In this document: positions 18,484-28,117 of the stretch, piece after piece | Position numbering within the stretch: the first letter of the stretch is position 1 | Layout of the letters: every line of letters begins with the position of its first letter | Assembly: GCA_019561615.1 (NCBI GenBank) | Contig: JAHEQA010000047.1 | Location: 1 to 39,747, forward strand | DNA from: Methanothermococcus sp. SCGC AD-155-E23 | Lineage (GTDB): Archaea > AGJL01 > Methanococci > Methanococcales > Methanococcaceae | Direction: 5' to 3' | Length of the DNA stretch: 39,747 nt | Program-made: the position numbers and the translations under genes | The notes under the pieces: generated by a model | The model's input: the letters and a program-made list of their open reading frames with translations, nothing else | The model's database searches: none | What the model was told of the DNA's origin: nothing

Positions 18484-19680
18484 TTAAAGGGTCACCCTCT
18501 TTACCACCATTGTGGCGTAGCAACCCTTCCTCAGCTGGAACTCCAGGGTAATCTTATACCTGCCCCTATTTAACTCGTCCTCTAGAAACTCCCCATATTT
18601 CACATTCTCTGGGATGGAGAGTATTCGCCTCTCGGTATAGGAGGGTTTTGAAAGATCTAGAAGTCTGTTGAAGTCCTCTATTTTTAAACCTTCCCTCTTT
18701 AACACATCCTCTATAATTTTCCAGTACTCCTCTTTCACATCCTTTGTATCTAGGTCATGGGTTATTGTGGGAAAGGTCTCATCCCTTAAGGTGTTAAGGA
18801 CATCCTCCCCTATGTCCCTGTAGAATAGAAAGGTCCCACAGCTATAGTCTATATACACCCTATCTTCCTTGGGGATATAACCCTTTAAGAGGGTCTTCAC
18901 AGATTCATTCCAGAGGTAACTCTGATAGGCGGAGACAAACAACTTCTTCAACCTTATATCCACATACTTGAAGGCCTCCTTAAACCTCTCCTCCTCATCC
19001 CCACCTTGGAGATAGGTGAGGATATTGTGGAACATCCTGTCCCTTATCCCCCTCTCCCTCATATACCTTAGGATGGATTCCCAGTCTCCCCAGTGACTAC
19101 TTATATACCTCTTTAGATCTTTTACCAACTTACTTTCACTTTTCTTATACCTGGTAAGTATTATCTTCAGGGCCTTCTCGTAGTTTCCCATCATGTACTC
19201 CTTGGCTATGAATTCCCCACTTCTATATACACTTCCAAATCTCTGGGTATCGTAGTAGTTGGGAACCCCTAGATGTAACTTTTTTAGATTCTCCTCAACC
19301 CTTGGAAGGTACTCCTTTTTAAGGTATCTTATAGTGATTTTAAATTTATTTCCTGCCAACTGCCCCAGTTTTAGAGGACTTCCCACTTTCCTTAGATACT
19401 TTAACTCTAGGTTCTTCTCCTTCAGTGACAGTATCCCGTACCTTGCAGGGATAGTGATATGTTGGATTGTAACGGCGTGCCTATCCTTTAAGCCACAGTA
19501 ACCTATCTCCTTTAAAGGTATCTTGAACTTCTTGGATATGTAGGACAGGGTTCTTAAATTCTCCATGTTTACCTTCTTTAACAGATAGAGGTTGTAGGCA
19601 TCCCCCTCTTTCAGGGCCTTTTCATCGAGTATCTCCTCCACTATAAAGTCCTCTGGAAGCTGTCTAATTTTCACCTTCAT
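18484..19680 (-). CDS. truD: tRNA pseudouridine(13) synthase TruD
   Basis: PEDFIVEE, GLKDRHAVTIQ, GNKFKITIR, PNYYDTQRFG, SAYQSYLWN and LRKGCYAT. Confidence 0.95.
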   Translation of the reverse strand: MKVKIRQLPEDFIVEEILDEKALKEGDAYNLYLLKKVNMENLRTLSYISKKFKIPLKEIGYCGLKDRHAVTIQHITIPARYGILSLKEKNLELKYLRKVGSPLKLGQLAGNKFKITIRYLKKEYLPRVEENLKKLHLGVPNYYDTQRFGSVYRSGEFIAKEYMMGNYEKALKIILTRYKKSESKLVKDLKRYISSHWGDWESILRYMRERGIRDRMFHNILTYLQGGDEEERFKEAFKYVDIRLKKLFVSAYQSYLWNESVKTLLKGYIPKEDRVYIDYSCGTFLFYRDIGEDVLNTLRDETFPTITHDLDTKDVKEEYWKIIEDVLKREGLKIEDFNRLLDLSKPSYTERRILSIPENVKYGEFLEDELNRGRYKITLEFQLRKGCYATMVVKRVTL

Positions 19681-20314
19681 AATTTCTACCTGTAGGTTGT
19701 AAACTCTCTATGTACTCGTTCCACCTTAGCCACATCTCCCTGACAAATTCATCCTCCCTGTCAAATCCCATGATAATATGATACCTTCCAACCTCCCTGT
19801 AGTAGCAGTAGTCTACAGAGGTGTTGTTCCCGTACTGGCAGATGTACTTATAGCTGTAGTAGATACCGTACCTGAAGGGTCTCCTCTCCTTCAGGACCTT
19901 GAGATATCTAGGGTTGTCCAGGTTAGGTTTGTAATCCCTAACGTCGAAATTTATTACCCTCCCATTTTTCTCATAGACCTTTATAATACCCTTCCCATCT
20001 CCTTCAGATACCCTTATAACTCTAGAGTAGGGAAGATCTAAAAAAAGGTCCTCAAGGGAGATATTTCTTACAGGGTGTTTCTCCTCCCTAGGTAGGGTGG
20101 CGTTATAAACTTTAGTGTTGTTTACCTCTGGTTTCATCTCCACTGCATCAGTGCTCTCCATCTCAGCAAGGTTACTGGAATTATCTATCTCCTCTAAACT
20201 GCTATTTAAAAAATTATTCTTAGAATTATCACTTTTAGATACCATGTGAAAAACAAGAAGTATCTGGCTAAAAAGAAGTATTAAGATAATAACATCCTTG
20301 TAGGACAGCCTCAT
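19664..20314 (-). CDS. Hypothetical membrane-anchored/secreted protein
   Basis: 216-aa ORF with one N-terminal hydrophobic helix, an Asn/Ser-rich linker and a Tyr-rich C-terminal domain; co-oriented between korA and truD. Confidence 0.7.
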   Translation of the reverse strand: MRLSYKDVIILILLFSQILLVFHMVSKSDNSKNNFLNSSLEEIDNSSNLAEMESTDAVEMKPEVNNTKVYNATLPREEKHPVRNISLEDLFLDLPYSRVIRVSEGDGKGIIKVYEKNGRVINFDVRDYKPNLDNPRYLKVLKERRPFRYGIYYSYKYICQYGNNTSVDYCYYREVGRYHIIMGFDREDEFVREMWLRWNEYIESLQPTGRNYEGEN

Positions 20315-20337
20315 AATCTACCTCGGAGGATAAAAAG

Positions 20338-21435
20338 TTATTCTACAAATCTTACAAGGTCCTCTGGTCTATGTAACTCTCCACCTATCTTGGTACAGGG
20401 TATTACCTCTGCCCTACTGTACTTCATCACCTCCTCTACAATCTGGCCCAGGTTCATCTCTGGTACTATAATCCTGGAGGCCTTTAAATTCCTTACCACC
20501 TTGTCAGGGAAGGGATGGACAGTTATCAGTCTAAGGTATCCTACGTCGTAACCCTCCTTCCTAAGTATCTCAACTGTATACTTTACAGTTCTTGAGGGTG
20601 TCCCATAGCATAGGAAGATAGTATCACTGTCCAGGTACTTCCCCTCATACCTTATAATCTTATCCTTGTTCTTCCTTATCTTGTTACATATCCTTCTCAC
20701 TAACTTGTCATGGGTCTCAGGTGAGACATCTGGGTAACCTCTCTCGTCATGGGTAAGTCCTGTAACATGTACGTTGTAGCCCCTTCCAAATACTGGCATC
20801 TCTGCAACATCTTTATCAAAGGGGAAAGGTTTCTTACAGGGTTTTTCCTCAGGGAGAGTCCTCTCCACCACTGGAATGTTGTCGTGAAGCACTACCTTCT
20901 CCCTCATATGTCCCACAATCTCATCTGCCATGACAAACACTGGTATCCTGTACATCTCGGCGTAGTTAAATGCCATAATTGTAAAGTCGTACATCTCCTG
21001 TACCGAGGAGGGTGCAAGAGCTATAGGTTCATAGTCTCCATGGGCACCCCATTTCACCTGCATTATATCTCCCTGGCTGGCGTAGGTGGGCTGCCCCGTA
21101 GAGGGACCTCCCCTCTGTACATCTACTATTACACAGGGAGCCTCTGTCATATAGGCGTATCCTACCTGTTCTATCATTAGGCTAAGTCCAGGACCTGAAG
21201 TTGCCGTCATGGCCTTTAAACCACTCCAACTTGCACCTATTACACTTGCCATGGCTCCTATCTCATCCTCCATCTGAATGAAGTAGCCACCTACCTTTGG
21301 AAGTATCCTTGCCATCTCCTCTGCTACCTCTGTAGAGGGGGTTATAGGATATCCTCCAAAGAATCTGCAACCTGCCTTAATTGCCCCCCTTGCACATGCT
21401 ATATTACCCTGGATAAAGTCTACCTTTTCACTCAA
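20338..21435 (-). CDS. korA: 2-oxoglutarate:ferredoxin oxidoreductase subunit alpha
   Basis: GYPITPSTE, QMEDEIGA, TATSGPGLSLM, QRGGPSTGQPT and EMNLGQI. Confidence 0.88.
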   Translation of the reverse strand: MSEKVDFIQGNIACARGAIKAGCRFFGGYPITPSTEVAEEMARILPKVGGYFIQMEDEIGAMASVIGASWSGLKAMTATSGPGLSLMIEQVGYAYMTEAPCVIVDVQRGGPSTGQPTYASQGDIMQVKWGAHGDYEPIALAPSSVQEMYDFTIMAFNYAEMYRIPVFVMADEIVGHMREKVVLHDNIPVVERTLPEEKPCKKPFPFDKDVAEMPVFGRGYNVHVTGLTHDERGYPDVSPETHDKLVRRICNKIRKNKDKIIRYEGKYLDSDTIFLCYGTPSRTVKYTVEILRKEGYDVGYLRLITVHPFPDKVVRNLKASRIIVPEMNLGQIVEEVMKYSRAEVIPCTKIGGELHRPEDLVRFVE

Positions 21436-21444
21436 ATTATCACC

Positions 21445-21888
21445 TTACTTCTTTTTCCTCATCTTTACAAGTAGTACTGGACACTGGGCCTTTCTACTAA
21501 CCTTCTCCGCCACACTACCTAGTAGTAGTCTATCTATTCCACTTTTCCCAGAGGTCCCCATAACTATAAGGTCTATACCTTTCCTCTCAGCGTACTCCAC
21601 TATCTCCCTGGCAGGACTACCCTCTAGAATCTCGGTAGTGATATCAACACCTATTTCTTTAGCCATCTTTTCTATCTTCTTAAAGGCCTCCCTACCCTCC
21701 TCCTCTAAAACCTCCCTCATGGTCTCCCAAAAGCCCTCTGTAGGTAGCCCTACAAAGGGCATAATATCTACCACGTATATAACATATACCTTGGAGTTCA
21801 TCAGCCTTGCTATCTCCAAACCATGTCTTGCAGCCTCTATAGATACTTCAGAGTTATCTGTTGGTATCAGTATCTTTTTGTAGAGCAT
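21445..21888 (-). CDS. Universal stress protein (UspA family)
   Basis: YKKILIPTD, GSPAREI, DLIVMG and LLGSVAEKV...CPVLLV. Start at ATG 21888. Confidence 0.93.
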   Translation of the reverse strand: MLYKKILIPTDNSEVSIEAARHGLEIARLMNSKVYVIYVVDIMPFVGLPTEGFWETMREVLEEEGREAFKKIEKMAKEIGVDITTEILEGSPAREIVEYAERKGIDLIVMGTSGKSGIDRLLLGSVAEKVSRKAQCPVLLVKMRKKK

Positions 21889-21901
21889 CCTAATCCCTCT
21901 C

Positions 21902-22330
21902 TTATTCATATGAGAAGTTGTCACCTTCGAGGATTTCCTCCTCCTCAACTATCTTACCATCCCTTGTCCTTGGTGCTATATCTTTAACTATGGCCCTTAT
22001 GTCCTCCCCCTCCTCTGCAATAACCTTAACATCTATACCTCCATGGACGTCCCTGTCAAAATTTACAACTCTACAGTAGGCAGCCTGCTTATTTAACACA
22101 AACCTTGTGGAGTTTCCCGAAATACCCTTCTCTAAAATCATCCTGGCAGCATCCAATATAGCCTGTTTTCTAATAAGTTCCTTAAGTTTCTTTAAGCTTT
22201 TAGTCTCTCCAGTTACTATGTTATCCTCGTCTACCTCAATCTCTGCATCCCTGAATATATTCTTCACAGCCCTGATAACCTTCTCTCTGTCCTCAGTAGG
22301 TTTAATCCTCGTTTTAATTTTTACAATCAT
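21902..22330 (-). CDS. UPF0201/DUF54 putative RNA-binding protein
   Basis: PTEDREKVIRAVKNIF, QAILDAAR, LNKQAAY and APRTRDG. Confidence 0.85.
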   Translation of the reverse strand: MIVKIKTRIKPTEDREKVIRAVKNIFRDAEIEVDEDNIVTGETKSLKKLKELIRKQAILDAARMILEKGISGNSTRFVLNKQAAYCRVVNFDRDVHGGIDVKVIAEEGEDIRAIVKDIAPRTRDGKIVEEEEILEGDNFSYE

Positions 22331-23466
22331 CAACACCCCTCCAGGAAGGTCTCCCTTATTATCTCTACAGCCCTCTCGATGTACTGGTACTTGGTGGCAT
22401 AGGAGAGTCTAATATAATATCTACCTTCCTCTCCAAAGGCTATCCCAGGAACTGCCAGTATCCCCCTCTCCATCAGCCTCTTAACAACCTCCTCTCCACT
22501 TCCGTACTCCTCTGTATTGGGAAAGATATAGAAGGTACCCTCAGGTGGATATACCTTAAACACATCCCTTAAACCCTTAACAATCAGATCCCTTCTCCTC
22601 CTGAACTCCTCCACCATCTTATATACACAACTTTGATCCCCTCTCAAGGCGGCAAGTGCACCGTACTGGGCAAAGGATGTTGCACATGCAAAGGAGTACT
22701 GATGTATCTTTATCATATGATCTATAATATTAAACCTACTGTTTAAACCTTTGCTTACGTAGAGGTAACCTATCCTCCATCCAGTCATGGCGTAGGTTTT
22801 GGAAAATCCATTGACAACTATACAGTTCTCCGTGTATCTCATGGGGGAGTAGTGTCTCCCCTGGTAGAGGATCTTGTCATAGACCTCATCTGAAATAATT
22901 ATCAAGTTGTAGTCCTCTGCAATATCTGAGAGCCCCTTTATCTCCTCCTTACTCATCACCTTTCCAGTAGGGTTTGCAGGTGTATTTATCACAATACATT
23001 TGGTTTTATCTGTTATACTCTCCTTCACCTTCTCCAGGTCTAGGGAAAAATCCTCCTCAAGTTTTACAGGTACTGGTCTACCCTCACAGAGGTGGATGAG
23101 ATTCCTGTAGGATAGAAAGGCAGGATCTGTAACTATCACCTCATCTCCCCTATCTACTAGGGACATAAGGGATAGCATCAAACCCTCTGAGGCTCCACAG
23201 GTGATGATAACATTCTCTGGATGTATATCCAAGTTGTAGTCCACCTTCACCCTCTTACATATCTCCTCCCTAAGTTCATAGATACCGTTGTTAGGAGTGT
23301 AATGGGTTTTTCCCTCGTCAAGGGCTCTCTTTGCAGCCTCTACTATATGCCTAGGTGTGGTAAAGTCTGGCTCCCCAATACCTAGGTTGATAGTTCCCTC
23401 TGAGGGGGTATTAAATATCTCCCTGATGTCAGAGGATGCTAGCTTAAGACATCTCCTAGAGATCAA
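22330..23466 (-). CDS. PLP-dependent class I aminotransferase (aspartate aminotransferase family)
   Basis: LGIGEPDF, NTPANPTG, SDEVY and GFSKTYAMTGWRIG. Confidence 0.93.
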   Translation of the reverse strand: MISRRCLKLASSDIREIFNTPSEGTINLGIGEPDFTTPRHIVEAAKRALDEGKTHYTPNNGIYELREEICKRVKVDYNLDIHPENVIITCGASEGLMLSLMSLVDRGDEVIVTDPAFLSYRNLIHLCEGRPVPVKLEEDFSLDLEKVKESITDKTKCIVINTPANPTGKVMSKEEIKGLSDIAEDYNLIIISDEVYDKILYQGRHYSPMRYTENCIVVNGFSKTYAMTGWRIGYLYVSKGLNSRFNIIDHMIKIHQYSFACATSFAQYGALAALRGDQSCVYKMVEEFRRRRDLIVKGLRDVFKVYPPEGTFYIFPNTEEYGSGEEVVKRLMERGILAVPGIAFGEEGRYYIRLSYATKYQYIERAVEIIRETFLEGC

Positions 23467-24019
23467 GGTTATCACCGGAAAAGGAGTTCAACAAGTTTAT
23501 AAGGGAGAGGTATCTATCTTCCACCCTTTCAAGGGTATTTAAGTGGTACTTGTGGGTTTTTAAAATAAATACCCTCTTCCCCCTATATCTATCTGCCATA
23601 TAGTCAGGTACCAGGGGAATACCTTCCCTGGATACAGGGATGTTAAGATCTAACACCACCTTCTCTAGAAAGTGAGACAGGGGATTTACCTCAACATTCC
23701 TGTTTACATCTAGGGATTTGATATAATTCTTCCTCTCCTCTATAGTGAGGAGGTACCTCTCTATCTTCTCAGGGGAGCCTAAATTCAATCTAGCCAGACC
23801 CTTTACACTGTTTATTAAATCGTCAAAGGTTGCAGAGGAGATCTCAAAGATAGGGAAGGGATTCAACCTCTTAACCCTCTCCCTGTATCCTCTGGAGATA
23901 ATAAGTAGGGAGTACTCATTCTTCAACCTGGTGTTGTAGGGATCTACCACTGAATAGTTCTCTATTCCTATCTCCTCTGCAACATCCCTATACATTCTTG
24001 TGACTCCCACCTTTATCAT
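23456..24019 (-). CDS. Uncharacterised protein downstream of hcgA
   Basis: 187-aa ORF overlapping the hcgA 3' end and the aminotransferase start; no motif recognised. Confidence 0.75.
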   Translation of the reverse strand: MIKVGVTRMYRDVAEEIGIENYSVVDPYNTRLKNEYSLLIISRGYRERVKRLNPFPIFEISSATFDDLINSVKGLARLNLGSPEKIERYLLTIEERKNYIKSLDVNRNVEVNPLSHFLEKVVLDLNIPVSREGIPLVPDYMADRYRGKRVFILKTHKYHLNTLERVEDRYLSLINLLNSFSGDNLDL

Positions 24020-25049
24020 AGCTATTCCTCAACTTCGGTTTCAATCCCAACTCCCTTATCATCCTAACAACTTCTCTAAGGTTTCCAGTTTTAGGATTTC
24101 CCACACCCTTCACATCTAGGGGATAGTTTTCAGGTATTACAGTTGCTACATTACTTGCCCCTGCAAGGAGTGCAATCTGTACAAGTTCAGGTCCTATAGT
24201 AGGGGTTGGAGAGGTTATTCTGATATTGGGGAACATCAACCTTGCTATTGCTATAGTCTTTCCCTGTTCCAGGGAGGAGCACCTTGGATAATTCTCCATA
24301 GGGGTGCCTGGATAGGGGTTGAAACCCATAACAGGTATCTCATCTACATCTAACTCCTTGAGGAAGAGTAGATGATCTACCCTGTCCCTGTAACTCTCTC
24401 CAATCCCTATTAACAATCCAGAGGATAACTCGATATTGTACTTTTTAACAAGTTTACAGATCTCTATCCTCCTATCTAAACTCTCCCCAGGCTTCAACCT
24501 TGCAAAGAGTTCCCTGTTTATAGTCTCTAAGTTACAACATATGGTGTCCACCCTGTACTTCTTCAACTCCCTTATACTCTCCTCAGTTAGATCCCCCCCT
24601 GCATTTACTAAGACCTCTAAGTTGGTATTTTCCTTAACTATCTTTAAGGCCCTAATAACCTCCTTCCCCTGATAGCCATGTCCAGAGGAGCAACTTACCC
24701 TGCATATACCACTTCTCTCTATGGCAATGGCACATCTTTTTATATCCTCATCTGATAGTCTAAAGGGTTTGTAGTAACCTGCCTTAGAGGTACCTGCTGC
24801 AAAACCACAGTAGAGACACTTTGGAGTTATTTTACATATGTTTGTAACATGGATGGTAGATGTTATCTCGATCTCCTCTATAAAGTAGTCCCTTACCTGG
24901 GAGGCTAGGTTAAAGAGTTTTAGGTAATCCTGCCATCTGGAGATTTTGAAAAGCTCTAGGGCATCTTCCCTGGATATTAGACCTTCTTTAGGTGTAATTT
25001 CACCCTCTTTTAACCTTTGAAAATTCTCCTCAATTTTAGAGAAATCCAT
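23988..25049 (-). CDS. hcgA: Radical SAM FeGP-cofactor biosynthesis protein HcgA/HmdB
   Basis: Atypical CX5CX2C motif (CKITPKCLYC) in a BioB/HydE-like protein (CCNLET, GLLIGIGES, PYPGTPM). Confidence 0.88.
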   Translation of the reverse strand: MDFSKIEENFQRLKEGEITPKEGLISREDALELFKISRWQDYLKLFNLASQVRDYFIEEIEITSTIHVTNICKITPKCLYCGFAAGTSKAGYYKPFRLSDEDIKRCAIAIERSGICRVSCSSGHGYQGKEVIRALKIVKENTNLEVLVNAGGDLTEESIRELKKYRVDTICCNLETINRELFARLKPGESLDRRIEICKLVKKYNIELSSGLLIGIGESYRDRVDHLLFLKELDVDEIPVMGFNPYPGTPMENYPRCSSLEQGKTIAIARLMFPNIRITSPTPTIGPELVQIALLAGASNVATVIPENYPLDVKGVGNPKTGNLREVVRMIRELGLKPKLRNSYDKGGSHKNV

Positions 25050-25118
25050 TAAATCACCGTTGATCCCTCTAAAATAGAATATAGTTAAACTTTGATAAAA
25101 ATTATTCTAAAAATAGTC

Positions 25119-26024
25119 TTAATTTTTTTCCAAAACCTGAACTCCAGGACCTACATTGGTGTGATATACAGGGCATCCCCATACCTCATCAAGTACCTCC
25201 TCTATCTGGGAGACCTTATCCTCCTTAGGTAGGATTATCACTGCAGGTCCAGATCCACTTATAGTTATACCGTATACTAGATCCCTTACCCTCTCCTTCA
25301 CCTCTAGGTATCCTGGGATTAACTTGGATCTGTAGGGTTCAACAACTACATCCCCCATCATACACCTTCCAAAGAGTTCAAGGTCTTTCTTAAATAGGCT
25401 GTAGACCATACCACAGGCCTTTCCTACGTTATTCACCATGGATCTAAGTGGGATGCTATTTGGTAGTATCTCCCTAGCCTTCTTTGTGGATACCTCTACA
25501 TCTGGAAGGGCTACAAGTACCTTAAAGTCTACAGGTATGTGTAAAATCTCCAGGGGGTTGTAGTTGATCACCATGGTGAAGCCGCCATATATTGCAGGTG
25601 CAACGTTGTCTGCATGGGGAAACCCTGCAGAGATTACCTCACCTAGGGATGCATATTTAACAAGTTCCAACTTTGAGAGGTTTAAATTGAAGAGTTCATT
25701 CATGGCAAAGGCTACCCCTGCAGAGGATGCTGCACTACTACCTAAACCACTACCTGGCCTAATCCCCTTTTCAATCTCTATCTTAACCCCTTCTTCAATG
25801 TTGAAGTCTTTGATCATCTCCCTGGCAACAACTCCAGCGGTGTTTCTATCAACATCTTCAGGTATCCTATCTGCACCCTCTCCCCTCAGGGATATACTTA
25901 TACCTTCTTCAGACTTAGAGAGGGTTATGGTATCGTAGGGTTCAGAGAGTGCCAATCCAAAGATGTCATAACCTGGACCTAGGTTTGCAGAGGTTGCAGG
26001 TGAGATTACCTTAATCCTCTCCAT
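25119..26024 (-). CDS. thrB: Homoserine kinase
   Basis: [31 protein letters not shown] and ISGSGP. Confidence 0.96.
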   Translation of the reverse strand: MERIKVISPATSANLGPGYDIFGLALSEPYDTITLSKSEEGISISLRGEGADRIPEDVDRNTAGVVAREMIKDFNIEEGVKIEIEKGIRPGSGLGSSAASSAGVAFAMNELFNLNLSKLELVKYASLGEVISAGFPHADNVAPAIYGGFTMVINYNPLEILHIPVDFKVLVALPDVEVSTKKAREILPNSIPLRSMVNNVGKACGMVYSLFKKDLELFGRCMMGDVVVEPYRSKLIPGYLEVKERVRDLVYGITISGSGPAVIILPKEDKVSQIEEVLDEVWGCPVYHTNVGPGVQVLEKN

Positions 26025-26029
26025 ATTAC

Positions 26030-26668
26030 TTAACCCTCTTCCCTGGCACTTATTCTCTTCTTAATAAGTTTTAACCTGAAGAAGTTCTCTCTCTCCATTT
26101 CATCCAATCTCATGGCGATATACTTCTTCATCTCCTCCAACCTGGGGATTATCACGTACTCCAGGGCATTTACCCTTCTCTTTGTAGTGATGATCTCCTC
26201 TGCAAGTAGTTTTATGGAGGTCTCAATCTCCGCCAGCTCTACAATAAGTTCCAGGGCTTCCTCAAAGGCCCTTGCAGCATCATCTACCTTGGAGGAGACA
26301 CCGTAGGGTCCATAGCCCCTGGAGGATACATCCCTCCTTACATTCTCTACCTCCATTACAGGTACAGTAACACCCATTATATTCCTTGAGTCTATCTCCA
26401 ACTTTATGTTAGGGTTTTTTGAGGCAAGGGATACCTCCTTCACTGCCAGGGTACCCATTACCGCCTGGGCCATTACTAGATTTCTATAGGCCTCAGCTAG
26501 GGCCTTATTTACCTTCTCCCTTAACCCTGAGGCCTGGTGGATAATATCGAAAAACTCCATTACAAGGGCATCCCTCTTCTGTTTTAGGAGTTTATGCCCC
26601 TTCTGAGCAAGTTTGATCTTGTTTTTAAGTTTTAACAACTCCATCCTTGTGGGGTTAACCTGGGCCAT
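26030..26668 (-). CDS. atpD: A1Ao ATP synthase subunit D
   Basis: [29 protein letters not shown] and ERENFFRLK. Confidence 0.97.
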   Translation of the reverse strand: MAQVNPTRMELLKLKNKIKLAQKGHKLLKQKRDALVMEFFDIIHQASGLREKVNKALAEAYRNLVMAQAVMGTLAVKEVSLASKNPNIKLEIDSRNIMGVTVPVMEVENVRRDVSSRGYGPYGVSSKVDDAARAFEEALELIVELAEIETSIKLLAEEIITTKRRVNALEYVIIPRLEEMKKYIAMRLDEMERENFFRLKLIKKRISAREEG

Positions 26669-26695
26669 GTTAACACCTAAAAAAATAGAGGAGTA

Positions 26696-28084
26696 TTACT
26701 TCTTAGGTAGGTACTTCTCAATTAACTCCTCAGGTATCCTCTTCAACTCCTCCCTTGGTAGTATAGTTAACAACTCCCAGGCAAGGTCCAACGTCTCCTC
26801 TATACTTCTATCTTCATCCTTACCCTGGCTTACAAACCTTCTCTCAAATTCATCTGCAAACCTTAGGTAGGCCCTGTCCCTCTCTGTAAGTGCCTCCTCT
26901 CCAACAACTGCAACAAGATCCCTTAAGCTTCTACCCTCTGCATAGGCTGCATAGATCTGACTCATAACCTTTGGGTGATCCTCCCTAGTTTTCCCCTTAC
27001 CCTGTCCCTTTGAGGCAAGTCTTGAAAGTGATGGAAGTATATCAATAGGTGGATAGATACCCTTCCTGTGCAACTCCCTTGAGAGCACTATCTGCCCCTC
27101 TGTAATATAACCTGTTAAGTCAGGTATTGGGTGGGTAATATCGTCGTGGGGCATGGTAAGTATTGGTATCTGGGTAATAGTCCCCTTCTTACCCTTTACC
27201 CTTCCTGCCCTCTCGTATATGGTAGCCAGGTCTGTATACATGTATCCTGGATATCCCCTTCTACCAGGCACCTCGTTCCTTGCTGCAGCAATCTCCCTTA
27301 GGGCCTCACAGTAGTTGGTCATATCTGTGAGTATAACTAGGACGTGCATGTCCTTTTCATAGGCTAGATACTCTGCAGTAGTTAGTGCAATCCTTGGGGT
27401 GAGGATCCTCTCAATTGCAGGGTCATCTGCAAGGTTTATAAATACTACAGCCTTCTCAAGGGCACCTGTCTTTTTGAATTCCTCCATGAAGAAGTTTGCC
27501 TCTTCAGAGGTGATACCCATAGCTGCAAATACTACTGCAAATCTCTCCCCCTCTCCCCTAACCTTAGCCTGTCTTGCAATCTGTACTGCCAACTGGTTAT
27601 GTGGAAGACCTGAACCTGAGAATATAGGTAACTTCTGACCTCTAACTAGGGTATTTGGACCGTCTATTGCAGAGATACCTGTTTGGATAAAGTCGTCAGG
27701 TGTCCTTCTAGATACAGGGTTTAAGGGGTAACCGTTGATATCCATCTTCTTCTCAGGTATGATCTCAGGTCCCCCGTCTATTGGTTTTCCTGTCCCATCG
27801 AATATCCTACCTAACATCTCTAAGGAGACTCCAATCTTTGCAGTCTCACCGGTGAACCTTACCCTAGTCCTATCTGTACTTAAACCAGTGGTACCTTCAA
27901 ATACCTGGACTACGGCAATGTCCTCCCTTACCTCCAATACCTGCCCTGTCCTCTTCTCCCCACTTGGAGTTATTATCTCTACTATCTCACCGTATGCAAC
28001 ACCTTTAACACCCTCCACTATCAACAGCGGTCCTGCAATACTTGATACCGAGGTGTACTCTACGTACTTGTCCACAGCCTCCAT
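26696..28084 (-). CDS. atpB: A1Ao ATP synthase subunit B
   Basis: [30 protein letters not shown] and [15 protein letters not shown]. Confidence 0.98.
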   Translation of the reverse strand: MEAVDKYVEYTSVSSIAGPLLIVEGVKGVAYGEIVEIITPSGEKRTGQVLEVREDIAVVQVFEGTTGLSTDRTRVRFTGETAKIGVSLEMLGRIFDGTGKPIDGGPEIIPEKKMDINGYPLNPVSRRTPDDFIQTGISAIDGPNTLVRGQKLPIFSGSGLPHNQLAVQIARQAKVRGEGERFAVVFAAMGITSEEANFFMEEFKKTGALEKAVVFINLADDPAIERILTPRIALTTAEYLAYEKDMHVLVILTDMTNYCEALREIAAARNEVPGRRGYPGYMYTDLATIYERAGRVKGKKGTITQIPILTMPHDDITHPIPDLTGYITEGQIVLSRELHRKGIYPPIDILPSLSRLASKGQGKGKTREDHPKVMSQIYAAYAEGRSLRDLVAVVGEEALTERDRAYLRFADEFERRFVSQGKDEDRSIEETLDLAWELLTILPREELKRIPEELIEKYLPKK

Positions 28085-28117
28085 ATCTAACCCTCCTCTT
28101 TTTTTATAATAATTATT

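Noticed and set aside
20338-21435. korA without adjacent beta/gamma subunit genes as an anomaly
   Set aside because: Scattered kor subunit genes are known in Methanococcales, so this is not unusual.
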